Shown: piece after piece, positions 39,716 through 53,507 of the stretch
Layout of the letters: every line of letters begins with the position of its first letter
Numbering within the stretch: position 1 is the stretch's first letter
Assembly: GCA_964016885.1 (NCBI GenBank)
Contig: OZ024740.1
Location: 133,362,001-133,426,000 of the forward strand
Origin: Eledone cirrhosa
Lineage: Eukaryota
DNA length: 64,000 nt
Direction: 5' to 3'
Position numbers and translations under genes: made by a program
The notes under the pieces: model-generated
What the model was told of the DNA's origin: nothing
The model's database searches: none
The model's input: only the letters and a program-made list of their open reading frames with translations

Positions 39716-40566
39716 CTTGCAGATGTAATAATGAACAGCGGCACGGGACTGACTCGATCTAATCACTATTCGGATTTTGGCTACTCTGCCCTTTTTCTAC
39801 CGCTCACCTGGTCCAATGCTACTTCCCTCTCGGAATATTAAGACTTCGACAAAATTCTAGGGATTATACCATAACCTATATTGACTAAATTCTCTACCCT
39901 ATACTTCAGGGCCTTTGTAATTCACACTGAATTCTCAGACTCGAACACACACTGATTCCATTTCCATATCTATATGCATTATATGACTGCAACTTGAACT
40001 ATATTGTATTTCTCCTGTGTTTTGATTTCTCCGTTTTACTCCACAATCACTCTAGTTAATTTTATTTGTTTATTTATATATTTCTACCTTTTTTACTTTA
40101 TTGATGTGTTTTATCTACGTATTCTACTTTTATCTATCCATGTATTTTTTATTCCTTTTATTCGGATTTTTACTCGCGTGTACCAATTAGCACACGACAC
40201 TAGAATATCTCCGCCTGAAAACAACAATACCTATTACCCGGACTATCCGGGAACCTAGATATAGTCTAATCGCGCTTTTAATCGAGTTTTACAAATGATT
40301 ACACGCGATGACCCGACTCTTGTGTTGGTTTTCTTTTCCACCCCATGGATTTTATCTGTTACATTCATTTATTATATATCGAATACCTGATGTAATCACC
40401 GGATTCATACGGAACCCGGTCATTGAAATGATCATAATATAATAAGCCTTTCAAGGATTTACACAAGCCTCCTGTTATTTTATTATGATATTATATTATA
40501 AATGAAGTAATTCTGTCGGAGAGGTCCAGAAAAAAAGACTGCTCTGTGTAGGTTACAAAGCTTAAT

Positions 40567-40720
40567 AGTCATGTAATAAAAAACATAACATAATTATTTC
40601 ATTTACCAGTGGTTTCTTGAAAGCGAACGAAATTTGCTTTCAGTCATGACTGAAAGCAAATTTCGTTCGCTTTCAGGAAACCACTGGTAAATGAAATAAT
40701 TATCTGTGTTGTTTCTTACA

Positions 40721-40726
<6 letters not shown>
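40567..40726. repeat. Loopless palindrome centred at 40646/40647 (cagtca|tgactg), built from a hammerhead lacking CUG
   Basis: Right arm aTGA-ctgaaagc/gctttcag-GAAA-ccactgg-TA-aatgaaat; inner ~57 bp has one mismatch. Confidence 0.88.
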
Positions 40727-40798
<72 letters not shown>

Positions 40799-41196
40799 GT
40801 GTAATGTATTATTAAAATCAATCTACTGGGGCAGACACAACATATTACTTTAGAAGTATTTTAGTGCTATTCCGGATTACTGAGAAATTAATGGTGAATT
40901 CAGTACTCGCATGCTTTGAAATAATAATTAATAGGGTGGGGGGGGATTACCTAGAAGACTGCATTTAGAACACCATTCAAAACAGCCCCTCACTGCCTGT
41001 ATTGCGTATATCACTCTCCGTGTATTTTTCAATCATGAAACAAAGCGTCCAATGCTCAATAACTTGCATTTATGTTTGTGTGTGTCATTTATGTGTGTGT
41101 GTGTATGCATGTAAGTATGTATGTATATGTATATATATGTATATATATACATATATATATATACATATATATATAACGAATATATATATATATTCG

Positions 41197-41258
<62 letters not shown>

Positions 41259-41374
41259 CATATATATACACATATATATATATATATATACACATACATA
41301 TGCATACATAAATATACACATATATATTCATATATACACATATATATACATATATACATATATATACATACATA

Positions 41375-41405
<31 letters not shown>

Positions 41406-41412
41406 ATTATGT

Positions 41413-42336
41413 AAGAGACGTAAAATAAGAAAATTATAAAATTAACTTACTTACTAAAATATCACTTCCAACTAATTAGTTTCTGGAATGGAGTAAATAT
41501 ATTTTCCGAAGAATAATATAAGGAGCATTCCGTCGTCAGGAAAGTCTATTCTCATGTAAGTTTCCACGGAATGCTTCTCTATATTATTCTTCTGAAAATA
41601 TATTTACTCCATTCCAGAAACTAATTAGTTGGAAGTGTTATTTTAGTAAGTAAGTTAATTTTATAATTTTCTTATTTTACGTCTCTTGTATTATTGTTCT
41701 GCAACCCCATACATTGAACCACACTGTTATTAAGACAAAACCTATATATTTGCTAGCATTGATATGCATCTGTATGTATATATATATGTTACTAGATATG
41801 AATTCTTTATTATTATCTCCAAATTATTTGTCGAGCAATATTGGCCATGACTGCTGCTACGGTTGTAGGCAGGCCGCTGTCTTATTAGCAAACCACTTTC
41901 CACTGATTGACCTCGATGTCCCGTGTTCGATTCTTTTTGAATTTGCCACAGATGTAGAGGCAGTGATTTTCTCAATGGCTTGGAATTCAGTCCACGCTTC
42001 GCTATTTCCTATCCACTGAATTATTTTTTAATAAGTTTCCAGTGTCCTCGCTTTGCCTGGAAACTTACATGAGAATAGACTTCCCTGACGACGGAATGCT
42101 TTTCAATATTATTCTTCTGAAAATATATTTACTCCATTCCAGAAACTAATTAGTTGGAAGTGATATTTTAGTAAGTAAGTTAATTTTATAATTTTCTTAT
42201 TTTACGTCTCTTATATTATTGTTCTGCAACCCCATGCATTGAACCACACTGTTATTAAGACAAAACCTATAAATTTGCTAGCATTGATATGCATCTGTAT
42301 GTATATATATGTTACTAGATATGAATTCTTTATTAT
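41413..42336. mobile_element. Inverted + tandem HHR element: inverted arm 41413-41566, then ~1.5 copies of a ~525-bp monomer
   Basis: acggaatgct at 41566 and 42091; left arm = revcomp of 42058-42212; flanked by (TA)n. Confidence 0.9.
42079..42161 (+). ncRNA. Type-I hammerhead ribozyme (GUU site); complete inverted copy at 41464-41545 (-)
   Basis: acttcc-CTGACGA-cggaatg...cattcca-GAAA-ctaattag-TT-ggaagt. Confidence 0.85.
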
Positions 42337-42385
42337 ATAATTATGTATGTATGTATATGTATATATGTATATATATATGTGTATA

Positions 42386-42472
<87 letters not shown>

Positions 42473-42726
42473 GTATATATATACACACATATATATAAAT
42501 ACATACATAAATATACACATATATATACATATATACACATATATATACACATATATATATACATATATACGTATATATACATACATAATTATATATATAT
42601 ATACATATATATTTATATATTATGTATGTATATATATGTGTATATATATATGTATATGTGTATATAAATGTATGTGTGTATATAAATGTATATTTATGTA
42701 TGTATATATATATATGTATGTATATA

Positions 42727-44092
<1,366 letters not shown>

Positions 44093-44126
44093 CAATCAAT
44101 CCCGGTTGGAACTGTATAAATATATC

Positions 44127-44294
<168 letters not shown>

Positions 44295-44328
44295 CAATCA
44301 ATCCCGGTTGGAACTGTATAAATATATC

Positions 44329-44386
<58 letters not shown>

Positions 44387-44924
44387 GTATACATGATTGT
44401 GTTTGAAAATGTTTGTGTGTATGCCTCAGTTTCCTATGAGAATGTGTGCTTTTTCATATGTGGGTGTGTTTCTCTATGTGTGCATTGCCACTTATCTCTG
44501 GTCATTGATCCTAAATAGAATTCAATACGCTTTCGTTAACTTCACATATTTCATCACCCAGACGTTCTTTCTAGTAACAACATATGTCGTTTCCCGTTGA
44601 AACAATGCCAAACGCATAGATTGTTAATAATAATTCTGTTGCCAGTTCCCATTCCTCTGAGTTTTAAAGTATATAGCATAATACAATGCCTAATTAAGCA
44701 GAAATTGTCGTTTTGTAACGTTTAACAGACATTGCAGATCTTATCGTTAATCGAAATAGTGTAGCAAAGAATTTTATTAGTAACACTGAACAACTAGCTC
44801 AAATAACCACTCAAGGATTTGTTTGTTGGTGGCGCCTTTATTGTTATGCTCGTTGAAAGATTGGGCTCTATTCGCAACCTATATTAACAGCAATATTTCG
44901 CTCAACATCTTATCAATTATTAAC

Positions 44925-44960
<36 letters not shown>

Positions 44961-45047
44961 ATGTGTGTGTGTGTGTGTGGGTGTGTGTGTGTGTGTGTGT
45001 GTGTGTGCATGTGTATGTGCGTGCATGTGTGTGTGTTGGGGTTATCT

Positions 45048-45225
45048 GTCATAGAGGAAATATGATCAAATTCGGCAGCTGGCCCTGATGGTTTCCCAGC
45101 AATACTTCTAAAACCAAGCAAGCAAACATTTGCGAAACGACTGCAGATCCTCTTCCAAAAATCACTTGCAAGGGGTAAACTACCTAGAAACTGAAGTGAA
45201 AAATAGTGAATTTGCGAAGGCCTTC
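45048..45225 (+). pseudogene. CR1/Jockey-like RT fragment
   Basis: IEEI.SNSAAGPDGFPAILLK. Confidence 0.55.
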
Positions 45226-45329
45226 GTAAATGTTTATCATCCTATAAACATAGAACCACCACAACAAAGGTACACTGGACAAGGAGGAATCGAAATCCCT
45301 ATATCAAAATCAATACGAAACCTGGGTGA

Positions 45330-48300
45330 ATGGAGTTGTACTGAAGTAGATGGAGAAGTTCAAATATCTTGGGGACATGTTCACGAGTGATAGAAAGCAG
45401 GGTGCTGAATTAAGTGCAAGAATTGCAGGAGCTTGTGCAGTAATGCGCCACCATCATCATTGGGTAATCAGAAGGGAGGCAATTGTAAAAGTCAATCTCG
45501 CTATCTTCAGTTCGGTAGTTGTGCTACCTTTACATATGTATGTATATGTATATACGTGTGTATATGCCTGGGGTGTCAGGGAGGCGCATGTACCTCTGTA
45601 GGGGGGACTAGCCATGCCCTTTTTCAGGACAGCTCGTCCTGCATTGGGTCCCACCTGACACTCAGTTCTCACCTGTGGCCCCAAGAAGCTGTAGCAAGCG
45701 TCAGTGGCCACACCCTGGTAAACTGCCTTGGCTGGCGGGTCTGACCCCCCCCCCCCCTGGTGAGTTAGATAGGGGATGCCCGCCCCTGGAAGCGAAGACT
45801 GGACCCGGCGGAGTGAGTGGAGGAGGACAATATCGTCCCAACAGTCACGAAGGCAGTGACAGCAAGCGGTGTGGAGTGCTAGGGCACGGCGAGGCACTAC
45901 AGACGTCGTGGCCATCCACTGCAGCCAAGGAAGTCCCTGGTCGTTACGGTCCTCCGTACCACTTGATTCTGGCTTCTGCGGCCGAGTGAGTGGGACCGTC
46001 ACTGTGCACTGGCCCTTCCACTATAAAACTTTCCCGCACAGGTTTCTTTAGCGTGCACTCCCAAAGCCCTGCAGCGATGGGCGACAGGCGGAGGTAACAA
46101 GTGGTGGTAACCTCTGGGAGTTGCCAGTCTCAAACCCACACATGGGTGGCCTGGATGCGCAAGGCGTTCTCCTCCTGACCCTGGGATAACAGAGGAGATC
46201 AGGCGTTCCACCGGGCGACTAATCAGCCCTTTTCAGGAGAGCAGTGCTCACCCTCGCACGAGGGCAGGGGTGATAAAAGGAGCCCTAACCAAATGCTCGT
46301 CCCACACAACCCGACCAGTCTACCGCGGCTGTCGGTTTTATCATTCCAAGCAGTCGAAACCAACATAACAGAAAGAACTTGACTTTTGGCGCATAGAATG
46401 TGCGCACCCTCATGGATAGAATAACCTCCTTGAGGCCAGAGAGAAGAACTGCCCTCATAGAGAGGGAATTAGCTCGCTACTGGATCGACATAGCCGCCCT
46501 CAGCAAGACTAAACTCGTCGAAGAAGGATCAGTAGCAGAACCGAAAGGAGGCTACACCTTCTTCTGGAAGGGCAATGCAAAGTACGAGTACAGAATCCAC
46601 GGGGTAGGCCTGGCCATCAGGACTTCGCTCTGCAAGCAGCTACCAGACCTCCCAACACCTGTGAGTGCGCGGCTGATGAAGCTCCGCTCCTCCTCGACCC
46701 ATCTCGGCATGTTACAGTCATCAGCGCGTACGCCCCCACTCTCACCAGCAGCGATGAAGAGAAGGACGCTTTCTACGGGGAACTCAACGCACTCGTGAAG
46801 GGCATCCCCCAAGTGATAAACTCATCCTACTGGGTGACTTCAAATATGAGTCGGGTCTGACAGCAGCAACTAGAGAGGCGTGCTGGGACCTCACGGCACA
46901 GGGGATCTGAACTCTGATGGCCTCATACTGTTGCTTTTCTGCGCCGAGATCGACCTCACCATCACCAGGACACTGTTCTGCCAGGCAGACAATTTCAAGA
47001 CGATATGGATCGACCCCAGATCCAAACAGTGGCATCTGATTGACTTTGCCATCTGCCACAGGAGGGACATCCATGATGTCAGAATCACCAGGGCCATGCG
47101 TGGTGCAGAGTGTTGGACCGAACATCGCCTTGTCAGGACCATCCTGTCACTGCACATCACCCCGATGCATCGCAAGACACCGAAAGTCTGTAGGCCAGTT
47201 TTCGGGGTCGCACGACTCAAGCAGCTAGAGCATCGTGATGCGTTCGCGGAACACCTGGACGGCCGGCTGACTGACCATGGACGACTGACCGGACCCCCAA
47301 CTCAACAGTGGTACCAGTTCAGGTCTCTGGTGACAGAGTCAGCCAAGGCAACAATCGGGCCGAGGAAGAGAGCCCACTAGGACTGGTTTGATGAAAACGA
47401 TGAGCGCATCAGACAACTCCTAGGCGAGAAGAGGAGGGCTTTCATTGAGTGGGAGAATGACAGCTCCTCCAACTCGAAGCGCGATCGCTTCAAGCACCTC
47501 AGGAGGCAGACCCAAGCAGCGCTACGCAGAATGCAGGACAAGTGGTAGGAAAAGAAGGCCGAAGAAGTCGAGAGATACGCCAACACAAAGAACTCGGGGA
47601 CGTCTACGGACCCCCCAAGCCTGTCACCACACCGCTGCTGTCTGCTGACGACTCGATCCTGCTGAAGGGGAAGAGCAGCATCAACTCGAAGTGGAGAGAG
47701 CACTTCAGTAACCTGCTCACAGTCTCTCCACTGTCGACCCTGCCGTCCTCGACCAGGTCCCACAGAAGCCCGTAGTCGGAAGCCTCGAACATCACACACA
47801 CACACACCACCACCACAACCACCCACATTGGATGAAGTCACTAAGGCAATCAACCAGACCAGCTCAGGAAAGGCCCCTGGGAAGGACGGGATTCCTGCTG
47901 AGATTCCTATTGGCCGGTCCAGCCGCTCTGGGGGCCTTCCACACCCCTCCTCAGCATATGGGAGAAAAAAGAGGTGCCCAAAGATTACAGGGATGCCACA
48001 GTTGTCTCGATTTTTAAGAACAAAGGCTGCAAAACAGACTGTGGAAACTATCTGGGCATTTCTGTCCTGTCCATCACTGGGAAAGTCCTGGCTCGGGTGA
48101 TGCTCAACCACCTCATCGCCAACATCTTGGAGGACAACCTGCCTGAGGTCCAGTGTGGGTTCCGCCCAAACCGCATCACGATCGACATGATCTTCTCTGT
48201 ACGCCAGGTGAAGGAGAAGTGTGTCGAGAAGAACATGGACCTCTTTGCCGTCTTCATAGACTTGACGAAGGTCTTCGACACCGTCAGCAGGGAGGCACTC

Positions 48301-50036
48301 TGGTCGATCCTGTCGAAGTTTGGATGCCCGACAAAGTTTGTGAACCTGATACGGCAATTCCATGACGACATGACCGAGAAGGTGCGCTCAGGCGGAGAGG
48401 CATCGGAGCCGTTCGGTATCACCAACGGCGTCAAGCAAGGATTAGTGCTGGCTCCCGTCCTCTTCAACCTGTTCTTCACCTGCGTGCTCAATCATGCTGT
48501 CAGGGACCTCGATCACGGAGTGTATCATCGATACAGACTGGACGGCTCCCTGTTTGACCTGCGGCGCCTGACTGCAAAGACAAAGACCGTGCAGAGGATC
48601 GTCCTGGAGGCACTTTTTGGTGACGACTGTGCCCTCATGACCCTCAGAGCGTATGAACTCCAAGTCATCGTCAACAAGTTCACGGAGGCATCCTGCCTCT
48701 TCGGTCTACAATTAGCCTTGGCAAGACTGAGGTCCTGTTCCAGCTTGCACCTGCCTCCATTGCCCGCTCTCCTTCCATCTCCATCGGAGGCACCCTGCTA
48801 AAGACGGTGGACGACTCAAGTACCTCGGCAGTGTCATCAGCGGCGATGGAAGCCTCGACAAGGAGATAAATGCCAGGATCTGCAAGCCCTTGGCCACCTA
48901 AGGACACGGGTCCTAAACTAGCACAACATCAGGCAGTTCACCAAGCTGAAGGTGTACAGGGCCATTGTTCTCACCAGCCTCCTCTACGGATGTTAGCCAT
49001 GGACCCTGTACAGAAGGCACCTGAAGCAACTGGATCGGTTCCACATGCGCAGCCTGCGGTCAATCATGAACATCAAATAGCAGGACAAGTTCTCCAGCCA
49101 CGAAGTTCGTGACAGTGCTGAGACAACCATTGTCGAAGCTACGATACTGAAGAGCCGACTTTGATGGGTGGGACATGTCATCCGGATGGGCGATCACAGG
49201 TTTCCGAAGCAACTGATGTATGGGGAACTCTGTTCGGGGAAACGAAAGCGGGGCACGCTTCTCAAGAGGTTCAATATTGCGTGAAGTCCAGTATCAACAA
49301 CACTGGAATCGCCCCAAAACAACTCGAGTTCCATGCTCAGGACAGGACTTAGTGGCGAGCTCTTACCAGACGCGCCAAAGACTCTTGTAAAGAGAAGAGA
49401 CGGGCAGAGGTCACTGAGGCCCGTGAAAGGAGGAGAAAGGCATCAACAGCTTCCCCAAGCGACTCCGGTCGCTTTTCCTCTTCCCCCATTGTCCTCGGAC
49501 CTGCAAGTCAAGGATCGGCCTCCACAACCACCTTCGTGCCCACGGCAGACGGGAACTAAAATAAAGATGTCATTATCGTTTACGATGGACAACCAAGACA
49601 TATTTTCATGAATCTTGTTAGTGAACAAAAGAATGAGATCGCGAACACAAGCGGACGAAATAGGGTTCCTCCGAATGATCTGTTGAGTAACGTTACTCGA
49701 CAGAGTGCGTAGCTCGGAGATCTGAGAGCGCTACAGGAAGAACCACTTTTTCTCCGATTTGAGAGATTACAGCTCCGATAATATAGGCATGTGGTTAGAA
49801 TGTCTCAGCAAAGAATCACTGGACAGATTTTACAGACAGGAGACCTAGGAGTAGACCCCGAGCAAGATAGTCGGATAACATCCATGAGCTTGGCTGGTCT
49901 CGCTGAGAGATCCAACTGGAACAGTTGGAGACGGTTGCTTCTGACAGGAACTGCTGGAAGGAGTGTTTGAGAACTCTGCCCCGATGACCCTCTCAAGGAG
50001 GAGGAGGAGGAGGAGAAGAAGAAGAAGAAGAAGAAG
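45330..50036 (+). pseudogene. Older RTE-X/Expander-like 3' fragment split by the RTE insertion (45330-45537 and 49598-~50036)
   Basis: Left EKFKYLGDMFTSD..RIAGA; right HES..RMRSRTQADEIGFLR..LLDRVRSSEI; GGA/GAA tail. Confidence 0.72.
45538..49597 (+). mobile_element. Near-full-length RTE (BovB-like) LINE, inactivated: GC-rich 5'UTR, APE (~46370-47150), RT (~47830-48900), C-terminal C2H2 finger
   Basis: FGA*NVRTLMD, GYTFFWKG, SKQWHLID, QCGFRPNR, FIDLTKVFDTV, GVKQG, LFGDDC, CPRTCKSRIGLHNHLRAH. Several stops and frameshifts. Possible TSD acatat (45532-45537 / 49598-49603). Confidence 0.9.
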
Positions 50037-50294
50037 CATGAATATAAATGTGCGTTATGTCGGTCTATGTTATAATATAAATGTTATGGCTTAGATTATA
50101 TGCTATGCTCGTCCCCACTCCTTTTACTTGTTACTGCGAAATATCCAGGATATGTTAATATGCTGTGTAATTGCTCATACGTGAGATATATTTAGGTCCA
50201 TTTCTCAGCTGCTAATATTATTCCAACTAGTCTACAATCTTCTGTTTCGTCGGTAATTCTCTTCTCACTAATAGGCAATTATAATGAAGATCAT

Positions 50295-50341
50295 GCTTCA
50301 CTGATTAGGTCATAAGACCGAAACACCTCCGGTGTTTGTGC
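50295..50341 (+). ncRNA. Isolated degenerate hammerhead motif (core CUGAUUA)
   Basis: gcttca-CTGATTA-ggtc ataa gacc-GAAA-cacc tcc ggtg-TT-tgtgc. Confidence 0.55.
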
Positions 50342-50984
50342 TGTAATTGTCGAAAAAAAATTGCAACTAATATAAGTTATTGATTAAGAATATTTTGTGT
50401 AGTTTGGATTCTTTTTTCTTTCACCACTGAATTACATCTAGTTAGCTTTTTAATAAATATATTAACACTAACCCGCCTCTGTCAGCGAATTGGCAAAATC
50501 ATTAGAGTGTCGAATCGAATGTTTAACGATATTTGTTCTGAGTACTAATCTCGCACAACTCAACTGTGCCTTTCATAATTATGTTTTGAGATAATATATC
50601 GTTTGATTGGTGAAACCTTTAGGGCACCTTACAGACGCAGTTCCGATACTCTACATTCTACTGGCAACGTTTGTGACTATAAAAATATCAAGCTGTATCA
50701 GCCTTGCCTTTACTTTATACAAACGCATTAGTGTGGAAGAGAAAACATGCATACATGTACAACCTTGCCTGAGCATGAAAGTTCAGGAGGTTCTTTCCAA
50801 GTAAAGGTACTCAACTGATCTATAACAATGGAAAACCATTGATTAAAGCTACCGATTTCAACGTGACCTTATTCTTGTAGATGAATATAATATGTTTGAA
50901 GATTAAGAATGATGACCTTCCTATACAGAAATACATTTTTTCTCTCCATAACGCAATTTCCCTTTCTCTGCTTACAACTATGTA

Positions 50985-51420
50985 AGCAACGGCTGAAAAA
51001 CTTCCATACGGACGCTGCAGGCTTCCCTTCCCAGCTCGAGCCGGTAGGGCTGGCCCGAGGGGACGGCAAAAGGCCAGATGGCATGACCATCCTCCCGTTC
51101 CGCGGTGGTAAACCTCTCGTCTGGGATGCCACCTGTACCGACACTTTCTGCAGCCGCAACCTGGTGCAGTCTGCGATTAACCCGGGTTCTGCTGCACGTC
51201 GGGCTGAGGAGGCTAAACTCCTCAAATACCGGTCGCTCTCCGACAGATTTGCGGTTGTACCCCTGGCATGGAGACTTCTGGTGTCCTTGGCCCTAGGGCT
51301 ACCTCGCTACTTACCACCATAGGCGCTGACCTACGCGAGTTGGAGTGGCTTTTCCAGTGCGTCTCCCTTGCTGTCCTCCGGGGAAACGCCTTCTCCATTC
51401 TGACCGCCGGAGCTGTGACG
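50985..51420 (+). pseudogene. CRE-clade non-LTR retrotransposon C-terminal restriction-like endonuclease fragment
   Basis: EPVGLARGDGKRPDGMTILPF..GKPLVWDATCTDT, AEEAKLLKY, ETSGVLG, VSLAVLRGNA. Confidence 0.85.
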
Positions 51421-52793
51421 GAGCCCCATCGCGTATAATTCCATATTTAGTTGTGGTCGGTGTGTGTGTTTGTATATATTGCTTTTGTTTTCATTCAGCA
51501 TCATGTCATTCTTCATTGCTTTTCTCTACTAATGAATTATATTTGGAAAATAAAATAAGTTAATGCAAGAAAAATTTGTGTTAAGATATGTATATCTTTG
51601 AGGTGTGCAAGGGTGTTGCTGCTGTTGATGATGTTACTTCAGTTGCTGTTCTAGACCATATCAACCTTCAGTTAATGGATCCACGAGCAAACTCAATCCA
51701 GTTGTGACCCTCATATCTTTTGAGACATATGTAAATATAAAATTATTTATTGCTTTTTTCTATTCTATTTTAAAGACGGGAGAATAAGATTTGGGGAGTA
51801 TTTGGTTGCGATTTCATGCAGGAATTGTAGAAGAATAATAGCTGGTGTATATATCAATTATTGTTTGCGGTCCTGTATTTTTGTTTGTGTTTTTGTTGGT
51901 TATTGTTTGTAGCGTACGAATAAGCTCCCCAAATACTAAGAACTTATAGTGTGAGTTCAATATAAGTTCATAAAAATGGAAGAGCATTCCTGTAAGGATT
52001 AATGTAATGGTTTTTATTTCTGCATCGCCCGTTGTCTAAGATTTGAGTTTGCAATACATCCTGTACTTCTTTTTTGTTTTCTCATTGTTTTTTTCTTCCT
52101 ATTCGTATTCTGATCTCTCCTACATCTGGTCACTTTATCATCATCAGCTGTTTCTCGGTTTTAATGATATTTCCCCCGGTTAAAACCGAATCTTTAATCA
52201 TTCAATTACACCATTTTGTTTTCTCTGCTATTCCCTGAATTCTCACTCCCCCGCTATTATTTCTCCGAGAGGTCATTCGTTCCCTTTTCCTTGGATATTT
52301 CCGTTTAACCATCTCTCTATTTTTATTCCTCTAAATATCTAACCGATCTCACTAGTCTCTATATATCCCGTTTACACATTCGTTTACTTTCACCCAATAT
52401 GTTGCCTATGTAAATCTATCGTACCTTCTCAGTATACAGTGGCTTGTCTTTTCTTTAACGCTTTATTTCAGTCCTGACTTTATTACCCTTGTTTCGATCC
52501 TTCAATTTATTTTCTCTCTCTCTATTGTTAAAATTGTTATTGTCTTTTTGTTTTTTTACCCTCCCTTTCTTCATTCTTTTTTATTTATTTCAGTTTTTCA
52601 TCATGCTTTCTCATTGATTTCTACTTTCGCTCTGCTGCGGTTTTTATCACATCATTACTGACAGGGATCAGTAAATGTAAAACGAGGAAAAGTTGTTTAA
52701 ATACACATAGGCGTATACACATCTACAAGCACACAAGCACACACCCGCATACACACATCTCTCTCTGTCTCTCTCTCTTTCACTCTCTCTCTC

Positions 52794-52852
<59 letters not shown>

Positions 52853-52884
52853 ATGTGTGTGTGCGAATGTTTATGTACGTACAC

Positions 52885-52939
<55 letters not shown>

Positions 52940-53464
52940 CACATATTTGTGTCTTTATCAGTCGATTATCGACAGTTATCTGTTTGATTCTCACTCGGGC
53001 CTTTCTCCCTATGTGTTTCTCTGCATCTCTCCAGATCCCCCTCCTCTCTGTTGCATCTCTTCTCTGTTACAATAACATCTAAATCATATTACTCTTATAT
53101 TTTAATCTGCTCATTCTTCCCGACCCCTCAAATGCAACTGCATCTCTTAAACATTACTGACTATCTTTTACTTCCTTTAAAATGATATATTTTTGTCCTG
53201 AGCCTTATGAAATAGATACTAAGCTTTCGTATTTTCCTTTTCACATACTTTACCATTCTATCGTATATTTTCGCCAACGTGGAGCCAACTATTCCCCATT
53301 TGAAATAAAAAAAATCAATAAAATGACGCCAATCCTTCAGAAACAATTTTATGCCTGCTTCTTTGGAACATTTTTATATAACTTTTATTCAGTCATTTCT
53401 TGTTACAATGCATTTTCTACCCTAAAACATTTTCCATTTACAAATTACCATGGATGTGTATATG

Positions 53465-53507
<43 letters not shown>

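Larger units (their letters stand above)
38205..40492. mobile_element. HHR element in three copies: inverted 38205-38510, direct 39206-39494, direct partial 40341-40492; two SINEs inserted later
   Basis: Shared catggattttatctgttacattc...accggattcatacggaacccggtca...cctcctgttattttatta. HHR at 38410-38467 (-), 39249-39303 (+, damaged) and 40383-40440 (+). Confidence 0.87.

Noticed and set aside
47377-48363. 328-aa minus-strand ORF
   Set aside because: Antisense shadow of the GC-rich RTE coding region.
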